DNA of 64,000 nucleotides from the human T2T-CHM13v2.0 reference genome, Homo sapiens. A program made the translations under genes and the position numbers. The stretch lies in the NCBI RefSeq assembly GCF_009914755.1, contig NC_060927.1. The stretch is one strand, 5' to 3'. How positions within the stretch are numbered: position 1 is the first letter of the stretch; the number at the start of each line of letters is the position of its first letter. Of this stretch, positions 58,508-64,000 are shown piece after piece. The notes beneath the pieces were generated by a model. That model did no database searches and was not told where the DNA came from. It saw only the letters and a list, made by a program, of their open reading frames with translations.

Positions 58508-59564
58508 CTACTAATAAATGCTTGTTGAATGAATGAATGAAGGAGTTGTAAAAAAAATTGTTTTTTAAATCTGTAAGTAAATTAATGTGCAAACAAACGA
58601 GTAAAAGATGTTAACTAGAAAATATTTTAGCTGTGCTAAATGACTACCACTGTCAACCACAAATAGAGGTGGAACAATTAGGGAATCCCCAGAACAGTTC
58701 CATACAGAGATATTAGAATATAACTACCACTTTCAGAACATGTCTTATGTTAAATGCTGTGCTTTCTCACATAATCCTTTCAGCTGCCCTGTGGGTGGAA
58801 AATCATTGGCCCCATTTTAGAATATGAAAGGAGGCTCTCAGAGTTGAAGGAGCTTGCTCAAGATCATGTAGCTAGTCAGCTCAAAGAAGGGATGCAAATT
58901 CTTTCTGCCAATGAAAACTTCTCCATGGTTCATATCATACTTCACAATCCATCACAAATGTTTTAGTTGGTAACCCCTTCTCAATATGGTCAAACAGACT
59001 GGCTGAAAGCAAACATTTGGCCTGAACATTTCCTTCTATCCAGCTGGCTGCTCCAATAAGAAACTATTACCCTTGTTCCAAACGCACAAGCTCATCCCTG
59101 TGTGGGCAAATAGATGCTACTTGGACAATTCCAGTTTTATTTTTGCCATTAGTGACATATGCAATGCTGTTTTTTCCATCTCATGAATAATAACAATAAT
59201 AAATTTAATCATTATGATAAAATAATTATAATAATAATGGTACATTATTATTATAAAATAATAATTTTATTAGCTTAAAAATCATAGTAAACTTTCTTGT
59301 AACATTTGTCTAAAATGAGAATGGAATATTTTCTGCTAATTATGCAATGGTGTTGCTTCTTTCAAAAGCAGTTTAAGGGGAACGTAAAGGTGTACTTTTG
59401 ACTAAACACAGTGAAGGACTTTCAGGTCATAATAGCACCTCCCATCCCATTGAGGTAAAATTGAAATATGACTGGAAACTAGACATGCTAGTATTTCCCC
59501 AAACTTTTGGATGAATTCCTTCTAATCACAATGGAGAGATGGCCCCCCATTCTTCATTCGTTTA

Positions 59565-59934
59565 TGTAGTCCATGCTTTTTGCCTTATAATTTCATAGTG
59601 CCTTTCCACTCTGAGTTCAGGGCTTACCGTGTAACTGACTTTGGCCAATGATATGTTAACAAATGTGATGTAAGGAGAAACTTGAAAAGTGCTTGTCAGA
59701 TTGGATTTGGTCTCATTCTTGCTCCTGTGCAATTGCCATGAGAACATGCCCAAGTTAGCCTGCTAGAGGATGAGAAACGTGAAGCAGAGGCCCCAGCTAC
59801 AGTGCCCCATTTGGAATTCAACCTAAATGAGGGAACTATGCTAACTCTCCAATATTTGAGAAAGAAATACTTACTGTCATATGCCACTAAGTTTTCCAGT
59901 AGTTTGCCACACAGCAAAATTTAACTGGTGAAAC
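59565..59934 (+). mobile_element. MaLR LTR (MLT1I/H-like)
   Basis: 'gactttggccaatgatatgtta...ttgaaaagtgcttg...gccatgagaacatgccc'. Confidence 0.65.
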
Positions 59935-60144
59935 AGTCTTAGGCAAAAGACTATTGGTAGTGTTCACTTGCTTTGACTTTTGAAACAAAATAATAAAGAC
60001 AGGAGAAAGCATGACAGAATACATTTCTACAAGCCTTTCCTGTGTATTCTCATACCAGAGACTCAGGGTCCCTGTTGACCAGAAAATGACTTTCTGAAAT
60101 GACCATACATTTTTGCCTCATTCTCTATTAGTATTTCTCTATGT

Positions 60145-60460
60145 CAGCATTGTCTAATAGAAATAGAATACACACTAGATAAACAATTTTAAATTTTCTA
60201 GTAGCCACATTTTTGAGAAGCAAAATGAAACTGGTGAAATTAATTATAATAGAATATTTAATATATCTAAAATATTTTCATTTCCACATTAAATCAATGT
60301 TTTTAAATTATTAATGAGATATTTTACATCCCTTTTTTATTCCACATCGTGAAATATGGCGAGTATTTTACATTTACAACACATCTCAATTTGGACTAGA
60401 CACATTTCAAGTGTTCAATAGCCACAGGTTACTAGTGGCTACTATATCAAAAAGCACAAC
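60145..60460. mobile_element. MER33-like hAT-Charlie fossil
   Basis: 'ttaaattttctagtagccacatt...acatctcaatttggactagacacatttcaagtg...gtggctacta'. Confidence 0.85.
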
Positions 60461-61715
60461 TCTGAATCCACTGGACATGGTAGTTCCATTGGCCCAGAAT
60501 GGAAGTAGACAGGAAATGAAGCATTGTATCCTGGGATTTTAGCAGCCATTGGAAAAGAGAAAAGCCAGAAGAATTGAGAATAGTAGTTATTGCAACTTAT
60601 GACATAGTAATTACACATTGTTTTGGATTACTCAGAAATAATTTTCTTCATCATATTCAGAAAATTAAGAGCAGATAATGCAGAAAAGCTTTGTCAGACA
60701 AGTGTCTAAAAAAACAATGGAAACTTGGTTAGGAGCTATATATATATCCATCCACTCTTCAATTGTGATACAAGGAGTATGTGTCATCATCTAGGTAGGA
60801 GATAATGGGATGAAGAACACATGTGCTTATTTTTTTGAAAACTCCAGGAGTATATATGTATATCTATATATCTACTTATCTATGTAGCTATACACACAGA
60901 CACACACAATAAAAATAATTCTACAATTTTGCATTATTGGAGAAGGAAAGTATTTCCCTGACAACACAAATAAATAAATAGCATATTTTTTAAAGAGTAA
61001 TTACAGGTAAAAGAAAAATATTATACCTTTAATATAACTTAGATCGAAAACCTATGAAACAAGAGTTGAATGAAGATGTGATGGGAAAAGAGATTTAATT
61101 TTGGCCTTAGACAAAAAATGGAGCCAATCGAAAAAGGGAAAGAGTTCAAGAAAATTAAAAATGCAATTAAAGATAAAAAGATAAATAAGAAATTGGTAAA
61201 TAGAATGAGGATAAGAGACCTAACTTATACATAATTGGTGATACCAAGAGAAAATCACAACAGTTTAAGCAGAAGCTAAAATCAAGCCCCAACACTGGAA
61301 TACAATGGAGCAAATTTATAAAGTTTCGAAGAAAAGTGTATGATCCAATAATTCTCCCCAAAGTAGGTTGTCAAAAGAAATATACTCTTAGACAGTAAAC
61401 TGTACCCATTATCTATTGCCACAATAATGCTGCAAAGCAAGCAACCACAAAATCTCCGTGAGATAAAACAATAAACATTTATTTTTGTTCACAAGATTAT
61501 GAGTTGTCTGGGGATTTCTGCAGATCTGAGCGGGGATACTTCACATGACTGTGGCCTTGTCCAGACAATTAGATTCACCTGACTGATCTCTATTTCTCTC
61601 GTCCTCCATCATCTTAGCTTGGTCTCAGAGTGGTAGCAGGGATACAAAGTTACTGGGTAGAGGAGGTAGATATGAGGAGGCTAATAAGGAGGACCATCAA
61701 AGCAATAATTCTCCT

Positions 61716-62258
61716 TGTGAATGCCCTCCAGCTATAGACCACCAGGAACACATCTAAAAATGTTGGGTTTATTACTCATTTCAGTGAGGGAGAATTCACA
61801 CCGTGGGAAACCTTGAGTCTTGTTAGTGAGAGGGCATTACAAAGCATTTGTAGGATTTGTGTTTTGTGTTAAGTGATTTTAGTGTGTAGGGCTTTGGTTT
61901 GGATTGGCTGATGTCCAGAAGCAGGGGTATCTTATGAATGGGTATCTTAATAAATCTTATCTATCTAGAATGTGGGAAGACCAGAAAAGATTAACGCTGT
62001 ACTTGGTAAAGAAGCAGCAATCCCTTGTATTAGCCATGAGAGGGGGATGGTTGGTCACTTCTGTGGCTTGTACAATGTACATGTTTTGTTGTGTTCAGAC
62101 ATGGTCATGAAGTGGTCTTGTCTTTGTCATGCTCCACCATCATCACAGAGTAGCCTGGTCTGACACTGATGCTCTGTGAAGTTATTTTCAACAGGAGAGC
62201 ACTAAAGTCTAGCTGTGATGCCAGCCGGCTCCAAGAGGTCAGGCTGCTTTTCTTCTCA
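61716..62258 (-). mobile_element. ERVL-type solo LTR (MER7x-like, family uncertain)
   Basis: 'gaccaccaggaacac...gttgggtttattactc...gagggagaa...ggctgcttttcttctca'. Confidence 0.5.
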
Positions 62259-63029
62259 TGTCACACACACACTCCCAGTTGGTTACCCTGGCAATTTTAC
62301 TTAATGCTTTCATTCATCATAGCAAGAGGTGATTCAAAATAAATGAACTTGATTTTTTTTTTAAAAAAAAAAAAGCTTTGGTATAAAAGCACCAACAGTA
62401 AACACAGAACCCAGTTAAACACAGAGCTATATCTAAATGAATATTATAAATATGGTTATAATATATCAAAAGCGATCATGAAATGAGACATATAAGCCAT
62501 ATAATAATAGTTTAATAATAAGAATTTAGGTATAACCCCCAAATTATATTAACAAGAGTAAAGAATGAAAAATGGAGAGTAGGAGAAAGTTGAAATGTAG
62601 AGCATTTCTCATTTTAGAGAATGGGAGGTCAAAAGACAATGGTTCTTTTTCTTTTTTTTTTTTCCTCTATCAAGTTTGGAGAAATAAAGGTGCCATACGT
62701 TTTTGAAAAACTTAATGAAAACTACTTGTAGTGCTAATAAACAGAATGTGTACCTTCCAAATGATTACAGAAAATAAAAGCCACCCCTAAAAAATTGTAG
62801 CATCAGACAGAAAACAAAGAAACTAATCAAAAGCATTTTTTAAGCATAAAACAAAATGGCTGAAATAAGACCAAAAGTCTTACTCATTCATTTGTCTTCC
62901 CTCCTTTTCTTACCCCTGCTCTTGCCTTAGACCAGGCCCTGATCTGCTCTCTGTCTTCTAAAATACAGCATACAGCCTCCTAATCAGCCTCTCTCCCTCA
63001 GATCAGATCTTTGCAGAGCAGAGGCTGCA

Positions 63030-63320
63030 CTCATGCTATCATTTGTAGAGTGGGGACATTGGCAAACTGTTGATTACAGGTGTGCAATGAGGAGAGAACA
63101 GAGATTAAGACAAGCATGTGAAGCTTTTGTAGCAATTTGACAAGCTATTTTGTGTCTGTTGAAACTAATAATTAATAATTGGTGCTTGCATTTTGTACCT
63201 TTTTATTACATTTTTCTAGTAACTCATTTTTTATTATAGTTTCTAAAAATATCAGTCTGTAATATATGAGAAAAGGCAGAAAACAGCTGGTCCTTCACCA
63301 CGGATGGTTTGAGAAGCCCA
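63030..63320 (+). mobile_element. Charlie4z-like hAT fossil inserted in an L2 relic
   Basis: 'cttttgtagcaatttgaca...tgtctgttgaa...ctggtccttcaccacggatggtttgagaagc'. Confidence 0.7.
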
Positions 63321-64000
63321 GAGCATATCTAAGTGAATTCCATGGAATCTGTCACTTCTCTGCCCACAAACATTCAGTGGCTCCCTCCTGTTCCTAACAA
63401 TGATTCTTCTTTTCCTGCCTCCACACTATTCCTATGGGCAACATTGCCTATCAGTCATGCCTCTTATTATACAGGGATTCTCAAAGGGAGAGGGCAGAGA
63501 CGAAAATCTCAAACCTGGAAGGAAAGCAGTAGGAATGTGCACTTTGAAACATAAAACCCTAAAGATTTGGATACATCTGCAGTGTGTGTGTCCCCTTCCC
63601 TTCCTCCTCCGCTACCCTCAGGCCACACCTCCAGGCCCTCCCCAACAGCACCCCCAGAACTCAGGAGCTCAGAGATTGCACCCTGGACACACCCCGCAGT
63701 CCCCTGCCTGCCCCTTTTCTCTTCTTCCAAGACTGTCACCTCTCCCCTCCACCACACTCTGCTCCTTCTTGAAGCCCCAACTCAAAAGTCATGCTTTCCT
63801 GTTCCCTCCTTCCCAACCCCTCCCAGGCAAATTTTCTTGCTCCTTTGAGGCAAAAGCTCCATACACATACCTAACTTTGACACTGAGGCTTCAATTTTAG
63901 GGGTTTTCCTAAGGACAAAATTAGGGTTTATGTACAAATTTATCTATAAAATTATTAAATTCAGAGTAGTACAGGATTGGTTAAATAACTAACTTCTGTC

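Overview
This is primate (very probably human) non-coding genomic DNA: CpG-depleted and dominated by interspersed repeats. These include 11 dimeric Alus plus FLAM/FRAM monomers, nested L1M/L1PA fragments, many MIR and L2 relics, MaLR/ERVL solo LTRs and hAT DNA-transposon fossils. I can support no protein-coding gene, and the ORF-track entries are repeat-derived or chance ORFs. The only RNA-gene-derived feature is a 3'-truncated, tailless 5S rRNA retropseudogene (45194-45280). The most notable observations are: (i) an ungapped 170-bp, 90%-identical direct duplication of apparently unique sequence 3.49 kb apart, whose second copy appears to truncate a hAT element end; (ii) a ~2.6-kb minus-strand relic of an ancient non-L1 LINE (L4/RTE-X-like) whose RT motifs are still readable in order; (iii) a CpG-retaining unique segment behind a strong 3' splice-site motif (candidate 39-nt exon or enhancer); (iv) an AluSc carrying an internal AluY-type tract. 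I found no evidence of a new multi-gene biological system. Repeat subfamily names come from recalled consensus sequences, and boundaries of old elements are approximate.
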